Shown: positions 1 through 11,100, counted from the first letter of the stretch. The stretch is DNA of 64,000 nt from Candidatus Poribacteria bacterium (GCA_965232535.1 CBDDPW010000022.1:512519-576518), one strand, 5' to 3'. Notes: generated by a model not told the origin, from the letters alone. Numbers and translations: made by a program.

Positions 1-1387
<1,387 letters not shown>

Positions 1388-1394
1388 CTAAAAT

Positions 1395-1685
1395 TTAGGT
1401 AATTTTTGCCAGAATATCGTCTTCGCGCAGAATCAGATACTCAAGGTTGTCATGAGTGGCTTCGGTACCACCGTACTTACCGAACAGCACTTTATCCCCG
1501 GCGACGACATCCACAGGTTGACGCTCGCCATTGTCAAGCAGGCGGCCCTTACCAACCGCGATAACTTCACCTTCCTGCGGCTTTTCTTTGGCGGTGTCGG
1601 GAATGATGATTCCGCCGCTAGTTTTCTGCTCATCTTCTTCAATACGCTTAACGAGAATTCTATCTCCAAGCGGTACAAGTGCCAT
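1395..1685 (-). CDS. groES: co-chaperonin GroES
   Basis: 96-aa [50 protein letters not shown]... is a typical Cpn10. An AAGGAGG RBS sits 7 nt upstream on the minus strand. Confidence 0.95.
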   Translation of the reverse strand: MALVPLGDRILVKRIEEDEQKTSGGIIIPDTAKEKPQEGEVIAVGKGRLLDNGERQPVDVVAGDKVLFGKYGGTEATHDNLEYLILREDDILAKIT

Positions 1686-2059
1686 TAGTCGTATTCCTCC
1701 TTATAGGCTTTTTACTGACACTGTAGGATTAGATTGCGTTACCCCGTTCAAAGGCGGGGTTTACGATTGGTGTGAATAGCAGCAAGTGTCGTGCCATAGC
1801 CGGAAACCTGAGTCTGACGACGTATGGCGACATTTTGTCACCTACCTGGTGGTGCTAAAATGTCGTTATCTGCAGATATGGCCAGTTGAGTGACATTATG
1901 TCGCTAAAGTAGTTGACTTTAGGCATACCCCGTACGCCATACAATTTTCCTATTGAGTATATCTTAGCATGCAGGTATAATTAAATCGTTTCTTGGCTGT
2001 GAGCAATGACAACCGTAATCATTAGGGATTCCATCATCCGTTTGATAAGCGAGTTATTA

Positions 2060-2230
2060 AACCTTTGGTGCTAGTTAATTGGTACATGATTTTCAATGAC
2101 ATACTATATCTAGGTTGTTAGCAGGTCAGGTAGGCGCAACATTTGTCAACCGCGCATAATCGCACATCATCGTGTCAGTATATAGTATGTCATTTATGAT
2201 TTAAATACTACATATACTAGCACCATTGGT
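2060..2230 (-). mobile_element. MITE-like ~170-bp element, copy 1 (reverse orientation)
   Basis: Near-identical reverse complement of the elements at 5569-5738 and 18744-18913. Imperfect 15-bp terminal inverted repeats (ACCAATGGTGCTAGT / ACCTTTGGTGCTAGT). Flanked by TATTA on both sides, with a 1-nt boundary ambiguity. No coding capacity. Confidence 0.75.
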
Positions 2231-2374
2231 TATTAATCTATACTTCACGCTGCTAAAACTTGCGTGTTTTCATGCGTCTGGTAGGTAGGTGCGGTTTCCA
2301 ACCGCACCAATGCTCCGATCCGTGTAGGAGCGATCTCCAGGTCGCGACCTCCTGTTGCTGCGTAAATCCCAATT

Positions 2375-2950
2375 TTGTTTAGAATGTCCCATACCAATTC
2401 CAATCCGATTGTCGAAAATTACAAAGGTTTGCTCCAAGAGTATTGCCATGTGAGGAATCTCGGAGATCCGTCTTACGAGGTTACCCAATTCGGGAGTCCG
2501 AATGAGCCGAGTTGGGGTGTGGAGATCAGGTACGGCGGCGCGCGGCATAGTACGCCGGAACCGCTACGCGGCTCCAAACGATTGGCGGAGCAGATTGCGG
2601 CGAGGCAGGTGCTTGAGATCTTGGAATCACGGCAGGAGGCGTTCTTGGCAGGAGAACCGCTAGAAAACAAGGAATCGGCTACAGCAGCATTCACGCACGA
2701 GGCGCAGTCCAACGCCATAGAGGAAGCAGCGCTGCCGCCCATTGATGCGCCGGTTGAACTCGTTGCAACAGCCTTAACCGTGGCAAGTCAGCGTATGGCT
2801 GGGGTTTCGCGCCGCGGGGCAAAGTACCGCGAATCCTCGGATTCAAGAAAAGACAATGAAATCTACGCTCGAAACTTGGCGGAGCTAACGGTACAAATCG
2901 TAAGAGAACTCACCGCCGCCGCCGAATCAAACAACGTCAAGATTACATAG
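2375..2950 (+). CDS. hypothetical protein with N-terminal double-stranded-RNA-binding domain (dsRBD)
   Basis: Residues ~10-80 (NPIVENYKGLLQEYCHVRNLGDPSYEVTQFGSPNEPSWGVEIRYGG...GSKRLAEQIAARQVLEIL) fit the alpha-beta-beta-beta-alpha dsRBD consensus. This includes the conserved GxG-SKK/R-x-AEQxAAxxAL C-terminal helix of RNase III-type dsRBDs. The C-terminal ~110 aa have no recognisable domain. Start could be 2375 or 2384. Confidence 0.6.
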   Translation: MFRMSHTNSNPIVENYKGLLQEYCHVRNLGDPSYEVTQFGSPNEPSWGVEIRYGGARHSTPEPLRGSKRLAEQIAARQVLEILESRQEAFLAGEPLENKESATAAFTHEAQSNAIEEAALPPIDAPVELVATALTVASQRMAGVSRRGAKYRESSDSRKDNEIYARNLAELTVQIVRELTAAAESNNVKIT

Positions 2951-2958
2951 AGATAGTA

Positions 2959-2975
2959 GGGTGCGCACTGCGCAC
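2959..2975. repeat. REP-like palindrome GGTGCGCACTGCGCACC (variant of the GGTGGGCAGTGCCCACC family)
   Basis: Perfect 8+1+8 palindrome. The same variant recurs at 59040-59057 next to canonical family members. Confidence 0.5.
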
Positions 2976-3722
2976 CAGCCTTTTTGTACGTCTCACCCTC
3001 CTCTCTCCATGAACAACCCGACCCACCCACCGGACCGAATCTCCAAAATAAAACATCGCCTGCGCCAGTCCCGCTTTCTTTCGATCTTTATGGGATGCCC
3101 CTATCCGGCGCCGCGCTGGTCGAAAGCCGTGAAAAAGGTCTTGGGTGAACTCGGTCCGGAGGCAAAAATCCTTGATCTGGGGTCGGGGCTTGATCGGCGC
3201 ACGCCGAACACGATTAACCTCGAAATCGAAGCAACGCCGAATGTAGATGTGCTCGGGGACGGGCATAGGCTGCCGTTCAAGGATGCGGTTTTCGACGCCG
3301 TCATCTCGGAAGCCGTGCTTGAGCACGTGCAAGATCCGAATCGTGTCGTCTCGGAAATGCATCGCGTTCTGAAACCCGGCGGGTATGTGTGCGCCGCGGT
3401 GCCGTTCCTGCAGGGGTTTCACGCCTCGCCGCACGATTACCAGCGTTACACGGTGCCAGGATTCAATCATCTGTTTTCGGCGTTTGCGCAAATTGAGAGC
3501 GGAGCGTGTGCGGGACCGACGACGTCGTTGCACTGGATCTTCCGGGAGTATGTGGGACTGCTTTTCTCGTTCGGGAATCTGTTGTTGGCGAAGCTGATTT
3601 CGCTGATTATGGGGTGGATTACATTTCCAGTGGTTTGGCTGGATTATCTTTTGATGCGGAACAGGCATGCGCATATTTTGGCGTCGGCGGTGTATTTTAT
3701 TGGCAGGAAGGGGGAGAGGTAG
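2961..3722 (+). CDS. class I SAM-dependent methyltransferase (Methyltransf_11-like) with hydrophobic C-terminal segment
   Basis: Motif I LDLGSGLD and the post-I acidic and DAVIS..VLEH..D motifs are typical of small-molecule/UbiE-type MTases. The true start is probably internal (MNNPT at 3008 or MGCPY at 3092). The C-terminal ~60 aa are hydrophobic. Confidence 0.7.
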   Translation: MRTAHQPFCTSHPPLSMNNPTHPPDRISKIKHRLRQSRFLSIFMGCPYPAPRWSKAVKKVLGELGPEAKILDLGSGLDRRTPNTINLEIEATPNVDVLGDGHRLPFKDAVFDAVISEAVLEHVQDPNRVVSEMHRVLKPGGYVCAAVPFLQGFHASPHDYQRYTVPGFNHLFSAFAQIESGACAGPTTSLHWIFREYVGLLFSFGNLLLAKLISLIMGWITFPVVWLDYLLMRNRHAHILASAVYFIGRKGER

Positions 3723-3889
3723 AAAGGATTGTCTGAATCGCGGATTAAGAGGATTACGCAGATTACGCGGATTAAAACCAGAGCACATTTTTGCGTCGGC
3801 GGTGTATTATGTTGGTGGGAAGGGAGAGTGGTAGAAGAGCTTGTCTGAATCGCGGATTAAACAGATTAGGCAGATTACGCGGATTAAAT
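3672..3889. repeat. tandem duplication (2 x ~106-112 bp) spanning the 3' end of the methyltransferase gene
   Basis: 3672-3777 and 3784-3889 are ~85% identical (..ttttggcgtcggcggtgtatt..gtctgaatcgcggattaa..gattacgcggattaaa). Each copy carries internal GATTA(C/G)GC sub-repeats. Copy 1 contains the MTase stop codon. Confidence 0.75.
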
Positions 3890-4061
3890 ACGTGCTTTGC
3901 TCGGTGCACGGGAATAGTCCGTGGTATCCTCCGAACCGTGCAAATCCGCGATTTGGGTTTTTATACAAACACTCATGAGTTGGGTTTCACGAAGTTCAAC
4001 CCAACCTACGGACCGAGAAAGAGGGTATCTAACCTTAACCAAAACATACGGAGAATAAGAC

Positions 4062-5569
4062 ATGAACGGGCAAAAAAAGAAAATCGAAGATGCGCTGCAC
4101 CAATTCGCCGACGGTGACCTCGCCGACAACGCGAAACACCTTCTCAATGTCCTCGGCACGAAAGCGGACGAACCATGCGTCTTAGACCGAACGCCGCCGA
4201 GAGATTTCTTGAAGTTTTCAATCAAGATCCAGAGCGTCGCATGAACCCGGATAGGGCTCTGACGAAAAAATGGAAATCTATTGACCTTCTGTTTCAGTTG
4301 ACGGAGGAGGAAATCAGTAACAATCCCAATCTTGAGATTGACTTCGGAGGCGGCGGCATTGACAAGACGCGCATGGAATCCTACCTCTTTTTCGCCATCA
4401 AGCTAAGCGGTGGCCATTACACGCGGACACAACTGTCCCAGATTACGCGCGAAATCAACAAACCGTTCGACATGCCGGCAATGATTCTCTTTCAACACGG
4501 TGAGGCGCTCACCTTTGCTGTGATTGACCGCCGTCTCAACAAGCGCGACGAATCCAAAGATGTCCTCCTGAAGGCAACGCTCATCAAAGACATCAACGCC
4601 GCCGATCCCCACCCCGCCCACATTCTAATACTGTTCGACCTCTCAATTGCCAAGCTGCACGAGAAATACAGGTTCAGAAACTTTGAGCAACTTCATGAGG
4701 CATGGAAGAAGACGCTGGACACATCGGAACTCAACAAACGATTTTACGAAGAAATTGCTAACTGGTATTTCTGGGCTGTCAATGAGGTGACGTTCCCGGA
4801 CGGTGCCGAGAAGAACAAGGAAATTCGCAACGCGACCAGCGTTATACGGCTAATAACACGCCTGATTTTCGTCTGGTTCATCAAGGAAAAGGGGTTGGTA
4901 CCCGATGCTCTATTCAATGAAACGAAGATTCAAGAGCTTCTTGTCAACACCGACCTACGGGAGTGCACCTACTACAAGGCAATTCTTCAGAACCTGTTCT
5001 TCGCCACGCTGAATCAGGAAATGAACACGAAGAAAATGAACACGCCAACAAAATCCGATAACCGCAAATTCAGAAATCGGGCTAAGCACTCCAATGGACG
5101 TGATCAAAACTACATGGTGCATTCCTTGTATCGGTATGAGAAATTCTTCAGCGACAAGGATGAAGCTCTCGCTTTGTTTGACAAAATACCTTTTCTTAAC
5201 GGTGGTCTTTTCGAGTGTCTTGACAAATTTCTAGAAAACGAACACGAAAACGGAGGTACGAAGGAAATCCGGATTGACGGCTTTTCCGACAATAAAAAGA
5301 ACAAATTGGACGTGCCCAATCTTCTGTTTTTCTCTGACAAGAAAATCATTGACCTCAACGCTGCCTACGGCACAAGGAACAAGCAATATGAGGTACGCGG
5401 GCTAATTCACATTCTTGACAGTTACAAGTTCACCGTCACCGAAAACACTCCGATAGAGGAGGAAGTGGCGCTTGACCCGGAACTATTGGGAAGAGTGTTT
5501 GAAAACCTTCTCGCCGCTTACAATCCAGAAACCGGTGCGACTGCCCGCAAGTTGACCGGCTCCTATTAA
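4062..5569 (+). pseudogene. N-terminal fragment of a type IIG restriction-modification enzyme / BREX PglX-like protein, disrupted by a frameshift at ~4118-4244 and truncated by a MITE insertion at 5569
   Basis: The 464-aa ORF 4175-5569 has MmeI/PglX-like N-terminal-half motifs (LIFVWFIKEKGL, IPFLNGGLFE, LDPELLGRVFENLL). It ends ...ARKLTGSY* exactly at the MITE boundary. The YYTPREIV motif X continues on the other side of the MITE. ORF 4062-4244 overlaps in another frame (both frames open across 4118-4244). This suggests a frameshift, or alternatively a separate tiny ORF. Confidence 0.7.
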
Positions 5570-5738
5570 CCAATGGTGCTAGTATATGTAGTATTTAAAT
5601 CATAAATGACATACTATATACTGACACGATGATGTGCGATTATGCGCGGTTGACAAATGTTGCGCCTACCTGATCTGCTAACAACCTAGATATAGTATGT
5701 CATTGAAAATCATGTACCAATTAACTAGCACCAAAGGT
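5569..5738 (+). mobile_element. MITE-like ~170-bp element, copy 2, inserted inside the type IIG RM gene
   Basis: Identical to copy 3 except for 1-2 nt. Flanked by a TATTA direct repeat (5564-5568 and 5739-5743). Removing the element plus one TATTA restores the in-frame sequence GSYYTPREIV. The element supplies an in-frame ATG (5697) and a TTGACA box. Confidence 0.85.
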
Positions 5739-8084
5739 TATTACACGCCGCGCGAGATTGTCAACTACATGACCGATGAATCGCTGATTGCGTACCTGAA
5801 GAATGAATTCATCGCCTATCGTGAATCCGAAAGTGCATTCGCTCCCGCTACGCCGCCCTCACAGATAGATTTCAGCGGACAGACAGAACCCATACAGACT
5901 CAGCTTGATATGGGTACGGTAGTCCTATCCAATGAACAAAAAGAGGCGATAGAGAGCGATCTCCGCGCGCTGATTTCGTACAAAGGTCAGCCGCGCAAAT
6001 TCACTACAGGCGAAACGCAAACCCTGATAAAAGCCATTGACGGGCTAAAGGTTCTCGACCCGGCGTGCGGTTCGGGCGCATTTCCGATGGGCGTACTGCA
6101 AAAACTGGTGTTCGTTCTGGGAAGGCTAGACCCGCGCAACGAGGAGTGGAGACAGCGGCAGATTGACAAAGTTCGACACACCATTAAAACTGCCGAAGAG
6201 ATTGAAGATAGCACGGTACGTGAAAATACTATCCGTGATCTTGAACGCGAAATTGACAACATCAACGACGCCTTCGAGCGGAATGAACTCGACTACGGAC
6301 GCAAACTCTACCTAATTGAAAACTGCATCTACGGCGTGGACATCCAACCCATCGCCGTCCAAATCTCTAAACTCCGCTTCTTCATCTCGCTCGTCGTCGA
6401 TCAGAAGATTGATAGAGAGCGCGAAAATCTCGGCGTGCGTCCCCTGCCCAATTTGGAAACAAAGTTTGTGGCGTCGGACGCCCTAATTGATGTGGAAAAG
6501 CCTACCCAAATCGAGATTCGCAACCCGCACGTTGTGCGTAAAGAGAAGGAATTATCGGAGGTGCGTCGGAAACACTTTACCGCTCGGACGCCCCCAACGA
6601 AGAAAAAGTATCGAGATTTGGACACCGCTCTCCGCTCCGAACTCAGCGAGTTGCTCAAACGCGACGGTTTCCCCGATGACACGACCGAAAAAATCGCATA
6701 TTGGGATCCTTACGACCAGAATACATGCACAGATTGGTTTGATCCGGAATGGATGTTCAATACTAAGAACGGGTTTGATGTAGTGATTGGTAACCCCCCT
6801 TATGTTCAATTACAAAAAAACGGCAGTAAATTAGGGCGTTTGTATGAACCGTGCAATTTTGACAGTTTCACGAAGACAGGGGATATTTACTGTCTGTTCT
6901 ATGAGAAAGCGAATCAGTTGTCAAGAGACGGTGGACATGTCTGTTTTATCACATCCAACAAATGGCTGCTCACCGCATATGGGAAAGCGTTGCGAGATTA
7001 CCTTGTAAGACAAACCCAACCTGTTCAACTACTGGACATGGGACCGGGTGTGTTTGACGCGACTGTGGATACCAACATCCTACTGTTTCAAAACACGGCG
7101 CGCGATCTTCGCGCGACGCTCAGAGCAACAACCATCCGAGCCGACTTTGACGCACATACTGATAACATCGCCCAATATATGGGCAATAACGGTGTGGCGA
7201 TGGAACTACCCCCCAAAGGCAAGCCGTGGACAATCTGCTCTCCAGCTGGACTTGCCCTGAGATACAAGATAGAAGACGTTGGCATACCACTGAAAAAGTG
7301 GGATGCAAAAATCTACTACGGAATAAAAACAGGCTGCAACGAAGCGTTTTTCATAGACGAAGTCAAGCGAGAAGAATTGGTGAAGCAAGACCCGAAATCA
7401 GTCGAAATCATCAAACCACTTCTGCGTGGGCGCGACCTTAAACGCTACCATGTCCATCGGTCACAGTTGTATATGCTAGCAACCGGTTACGATTTAGACA
7501 TTCCAACTAAGTATCCCGCCGTCTACAATCATCTCCAAACATTGGGAAGCCAAATAGAATTGGGGAAGATGAAGGTAAGAGGCAAAGGGCTATTCAATAG
7601 AGATGATCAGGGAGAGAATTGGTGGAACCTCAGAGCTTGTGCATACTATTCCGCGTTTGAAAAAGAGAAGATTATTTATCCCAACATGACTAAGTTTCTA
7701 CCATTCGTTTACGACGTGAGGGGGTTTTATACTAATGATAAGAGTTTTATCATTACAAGCGGAAACTATCTGAAATATCTTACAGGCTATTTTAACTCAA
7801 GAATCGCAGCAAGATGGGTTCGCGAAAACTGCCCGGAATTACAAGGTGGGACGAGAGAATTGAGAAAAGTATTTTTTGAGAATATCCCCATTCCCCGTGT
7901 CACAGAAGCGAACCAACATCTTGTCGCGACGATTGAAGAGCGAGTTGACGGAATTCTCGCCGCTAAACGTACAAATCCAGATGAGGACACAACCGCGCTT
8001 GAAAAAGAGATTGATGAGATAGTATACTCATTGTACGATTTATCGCCTGAAGAAATTGCGATTGTGGAAGAAGCGGTGGATTGA
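5697..8084 (+). CDS. C-terminal fragment of type IIG RM / PglX-like enzyme: complete gamma-class N6-adenine DNA methyltransferase domain plus target-recognition region. The ORF begins at a MITE-provided ATG
   Basis: Carries motif X (GYYTPREIV), motif I (LDPACGSGAFPMGVL) and motif IV (VIGNPPYV). About 450 aa of C-terminal TRD-like sequence follow. It is continuous in frame with the upstream fragment if the MITE is removed. Confidence 0.75.
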   Translation: MSLKIMYQLTSTKGYYTPREIVNYMTDESLIAYLKNEFIAYRESESAFAPATPPSQIDFSGQTEPIQTQLDMGTVVLSNEQKEAIESDLRALISYKGQPRKFTTGETQTLIKAIDGLKVLDPACGSGAFPMGVLQKLVFVLGRLDPRNEEWRQRQIDKVRHTIKTAEEIEDSTVRENTIRDLEREIDNINDAFERNELDYGRKLYLIENCIYGVDIQPIAVQISKLRFFISLVVDQKIDRERENLGVRPLPNLETKFVASDALIDVEKPTQIEIRNPHVVRKEKELSEVRRKHFTARTPPTKKKYRDLDTALRSELSELLKRDGFPDDTTEKIAYWDPYDQNTCTDWFDPEWMFNTKNGFDVVIGNPPYVQLQKNGSKLGRLYEPCNFDSFTKTGDIYCLFYEKANQLSRDGGHVCFITSNKWLLTAYGKALRDYLVRQTQPVQLLDMGPGVFDATVDTNILLFQNTARDLRATLRATTIRADFDAHTDNIAQYMGNNGVAMELPPKGKPWTICSPAGLALRYKIEDVGIPLKKWDAKIYYGIKTGCNEAFFIDEVKREELVKQDPKSVEIIKPLLRGRDLKRYHVHRSQLYMLATGYDLDIPTKYPAVYNHLQTLGSQIELGKMKVRGKGLFNRDDQGENWWNLRACAYYSAFEKEKIIYPNMTKFLPFVYDVRGFYTNDKSFIITSGNYLKYLTGYFNSRIAARWVRENCPELQGGTRELRKVFFENIPIPRVTEANQHLVATIEERVDGILAAKRTNPDEDTTALEKEIDEIVYSLYDLSPEEIAIVEEAVD

Positions 8085-8455
8085 GTAACTGGTATACTGA
8101 TGCGTGAAGAAGGGCAAATCAGATAAAGATGGCGTCACCTTCCATAATCCGTAATTTAGTCAATGGCTAAAAAGACAGGGCACGAGATTGTCTTACGAAA
8201 AGCGATAGCGATACAACGCTAAGGGGATGGAAATAAATAACCTTTCAATATACGCCAAACCGTGCTATGCCCTGCGCTATTAAACCCCCAAAACTGGTGA
8301 AATGTTATTCTTTTCCAGCCCCTAACTGTAGAATTTGCTTGAACAATCTTATCGAGCGCCTCACGTAGTGCGATAGTCAATTGTGATAACGCAGGGAAAA
8401 TCATAGGCACTTGGCAATCGTGTGGTGATACGGCACCGATTGTGGAGGTATCAGT

Positions 8456-11098
8456 ATGAATGAAAGAGAATATGCAGGGGCTAAGTGGTGGAAATTTGAT
8501 TTTCATACTCACACACCTGCCTCGGAAGACTTCAGTCAAAGCGGAGTTTCACCTGAATCTTGGTTGAAAGCATTCATGGATGAGGGAATTGATTGTGTCG
8601 CGATTACCGACCATAACAGCGGCGGCTGGATAGACCACTTGAAGAATAAGTTGCAGGAATTGGCCAGCAGCCAGTCCGATTGGTACCGACCCCTGTATCT
8701 GTTTCCGGGGGTGGAAATCTCAGCAAATGGCAACGTGCATATTTTAGCGATATTTGGACATGAGAAGCATAAGAGCGATATCGATCAGTTGCTTGGTGCG
8801 GTTAGTTATTCGGGGACAAAGGGCAAAAGCGATGCAGTAACGAACACGACCGTTACCGAGGTCGTCAATGCAGTTGCGGAACAGGGAGGTATCCCTATTC
8901 CGGCGCATGCCGACACTGCCAATGGGTTGTTTAAACTGCAAGGACTAACATTGGACAATGCGATGGATAATCCCAACCTCTACGCGATGGAGTTATGCGA
9001 CACCGATTACCAAAAGCCCCAACTGTATACTGACATGAAGGTGCGGTGGACTGAAGTCCGAGGCTCCGATACGCATAACTTCAGCGACAGTGCATTTGGT
9101 ACGTTTACCTGGATTAAAATGGATAAACCTTCCATTAACGGATTGAAGCTAGCGCTGATTGATGGAACCGTCTCCGTTAATCGCAAAATGCACGCTGACC
9201 CCAACCGGCACGCGCCGCACTATCTAGAGGAACTCAAAATATGCAAAGCAAAACACATTGGCCGTACAGAGCCCCTCAATTGCAGATTTAGCCCCTTTCT
9301 TAACGCTATAATTGGTGGACGCGGAAGCGGTAAGTCCACATTGGTGGAATTCATGCGCCTAAGCCTGCAGCGCGTTGCGGAACTTCCGGAGTCACTAGAA
9401 AAAGGAACCCGTCAGTATTTTGATGTGAAGGAGGTTAACAGCTTACTGATTGAGAACAGCACGATTTCGCTAATCTATCGCAAAGGTGAGGTGCGGTACC
9501 GGTTGAAATGGTCAGCCGAAGCGGGTAGCACCTCTTTGGAGGAGGAAAAAGATGGCATTTGGAAACCTAGCCCCGGAGAAATACATTCGCTATTTCCTGT
9601 ACGAATTTATAGCCAGAGGCAAATCCTTGAACTAGCAAATGATACAGGCGCGCTGATTCAAGTTATTGATGAAGCGCCCGAAGTTGACTCTTGGACGTTT
9701 AAGACACAACACACGGATTTGGTCAACCAGTACAAACAGATTGAAGGTGAACAAAGAGAACTGAAGCATAAAATTTCCCACGAAAATCGGCTACAAGGAG
9801 AGTCAAACGACCTCGCACGGCAGATTGAGCAAATAGAAAAATCTGGGCACGAGGCTGTACTGCGAAATTTTAGTAAACGGCAGAGGCAGTTAAGCGAGAT
9901 TGACAGCTTGGAAGGAAAATGGAAAGAGATGAGTTGTCGTCTTGCTGACACGCTGCATGACATTACCCCGGCGCATTTCGATAAGCAGCATTTTGCCGAC
10001 GATACCGATATTCTTTCGGTTTTACAAAAAACAAACGAAAAATGGCAAACGATTCAAGACCAATTAGACCAATTGGTACAAGACGCTCAATTATCTATTC
10101 ACAACTGGAATACTGAAAAGAGTGCTGCAGACTGGATGCGACGCCTCAAGACAGATATGAAAAAGTACGAGTCTTTGTCCTCGGAAATGAAACAGCATAA
10201 TATTGATCCACAGCAGTACCCTTGGCTATTGACGAAACAGAAAAGTATACAGACGGAATTGAATCTCATTGCCGATTATCGTTCGCAGTGGCAAGAATTG
10301 GAACATGCGAAGAAACAAGTGTACAACCAGATAAATACAAACAGAACGAAGCTCTCGCAAAAAAGGAAAGAATTTCTAACGCGTGTTCTACGCGATAACT
10401 CTTCGGTCAGCATTGAAGTCAATCCGTTTGGCGAAGATTGGGGCGGCGAACACGGTATAGAAGAAGAGATCCGTAGAATATTACAATGCCAAGATGGCTT
10501 CGAAAAAGATATTGATGCCCTGAAAGAGGTTTATCTACGGGACGGTGGTGGAAAGGTTGAAGAACTCAAAACGGCAGTTAAAGATATTCGCGATGAAAAG
10601 CTGGCTGCCAAAGATAACCGCTTTACCCGACGTTTGCAGAACTTACCTCAAGAATCAATGATTGATTTCATCTTGTGGTTTCCCGAGGATGATTTGAAAG
10701 TTACCTTTGGCCCCAGAAATCAGCACATAGAACAGAGTTCTCCGGGACAGAAAACCGCCGCGTTGTTAGCATTTATCCTTTCCTACGGAGATGAGCCACT
10801 GTTGCTCGATCAACCTGAAGATGATTTGGATAACGAATTAATCTACAAGTTGGTTGTCAAACAGTTGCGAGGAATGAAAAGCAAAAGGCAGATTATCATC
10901 GTTACGCACAACGCCAACATAGTAGTCAACGGCGATGCGGAGATGGTTCTACCGCTTCAGGTCGGCGGTGGTGAAACCCACGTAAGGCGGGCTGCGAGCA
11001 TTCAGGAAAAAGATGTCCGGGAATCCATATGCGAAATTCTGGAAGGGGGGCGACACGCATTTGAAGAGCGCTATAAACGTATTCATTTGGGAACTTAA
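8456..11098 (+). CDS. PHP-domain phosphoesterase fused to Rad50/SbcC/SMC-like ABC ATPase (880 aa; Ppl-like defence protein)
   Basis: The N-terminus (WWKFDFHTHTPASEDF...VAITDHN...PAHADT) is a PHP metal-dependent phosphoesterase fold. A Walker A follows (IIGGRGSGKSTLVEFM). Then comes a ~400-aa coiled-coil-like insertion. The C-terminus has an ABC signature-like SSPGQKTAALLAFIL, a Walker B/D-loop LLLDQPEDDLD and an H-loop IIIVTHNAN. RBS GGAGGT lies upstream. Confidence 0.8.
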   Translation: MNEREYAGAKWWKFDFHTHTPASEDFSQSGVSPESWLKAFMDEGIDCVAITDHNSGGWIDHLKNKLQELASSQSDWYRPLYLFPGVEISANGNVHILAIFGHEKHKSDIDQLLGAVSYSGTKGKSDAVTNTTVTEVVNAVAEQGGIPIPAHADTANGLFKLQGLTLDNAMDNPNLYAMELCDTDYQKPQLYTDMKVRWTEVRGSDTHNFSDSAFGTFTWIKMDKPSINGLKLALIDGTVSVNRKMHADPNRHAPHYLEELKICKAKHIGRTEPLNCRFSPFLNAIIGGRGSGKSTLVEFMRLSLQRVAELPESLEKGTRQYFDVKEVNSLLIENSTISLIYRKGEVRYRLKWSAEAGSTSLEEEKDGIWKPSPGEIHSLFPVRIYSQRQILELANDTGALIQVIDEAPEVDSWTFKTQHTDLVNQYKQIEGEQRELKHKISHENRLQGESNDLARQIEQIEKSGHEAVLRNFSKRQRQLSEIDSLEGKWKEMSCRLADTLHDITPAHFDKQHFADDTDILSVLQKTNEKWQTIQDQLDQLVQDAQLSIHNWNTEKSAADWMRRLKTDMKKYESLSSEMKQHNIDPQQYPWLLTKQKSIQTELNLIADYRSQWQELEHAKKQVYNQINTNRTKLSQKRKEFLTRVLRDNSSVSIEVNPFGEDWGGEHGIEEEIRRILQCQDGFEKDIDALKEVYLRDGGGKVEELKTAVKDIRDEKLAAKDNRFTRRLQNLPQESMIDFILWFPEDDLKVTFGPRNQHIEQSSPGQKTAALLAFILSYGDEPLLLDQPEDDLDNELIYKLVVKQLRGMKSKRQIIIVTHNANIVVNGDAEMVLPLQVGGGETHVRRAASIQEKDVRESICEILEGGRHAFEERYKRIHLGT

Positions 11099-11100
11099 CC

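Noticed and set aside
1686-2059. CIRCE (HrcA operator) upstream of groES
   Set aside because: No TTAGCACTC-N9-GAGTGCTAA-like inverted repeat is present. Only unrelated short palindromes were seen.
2943-4117. ORFs 2943-3788 (minus, 281 aa) and 3791-4117 (+, 108 aa)
   Set aside because: Both are Arg-rich, low-complexity translations overlapping the methyltransferase gene and the tandem-duplication region. Neither has motifs and they are probably frame shadows.
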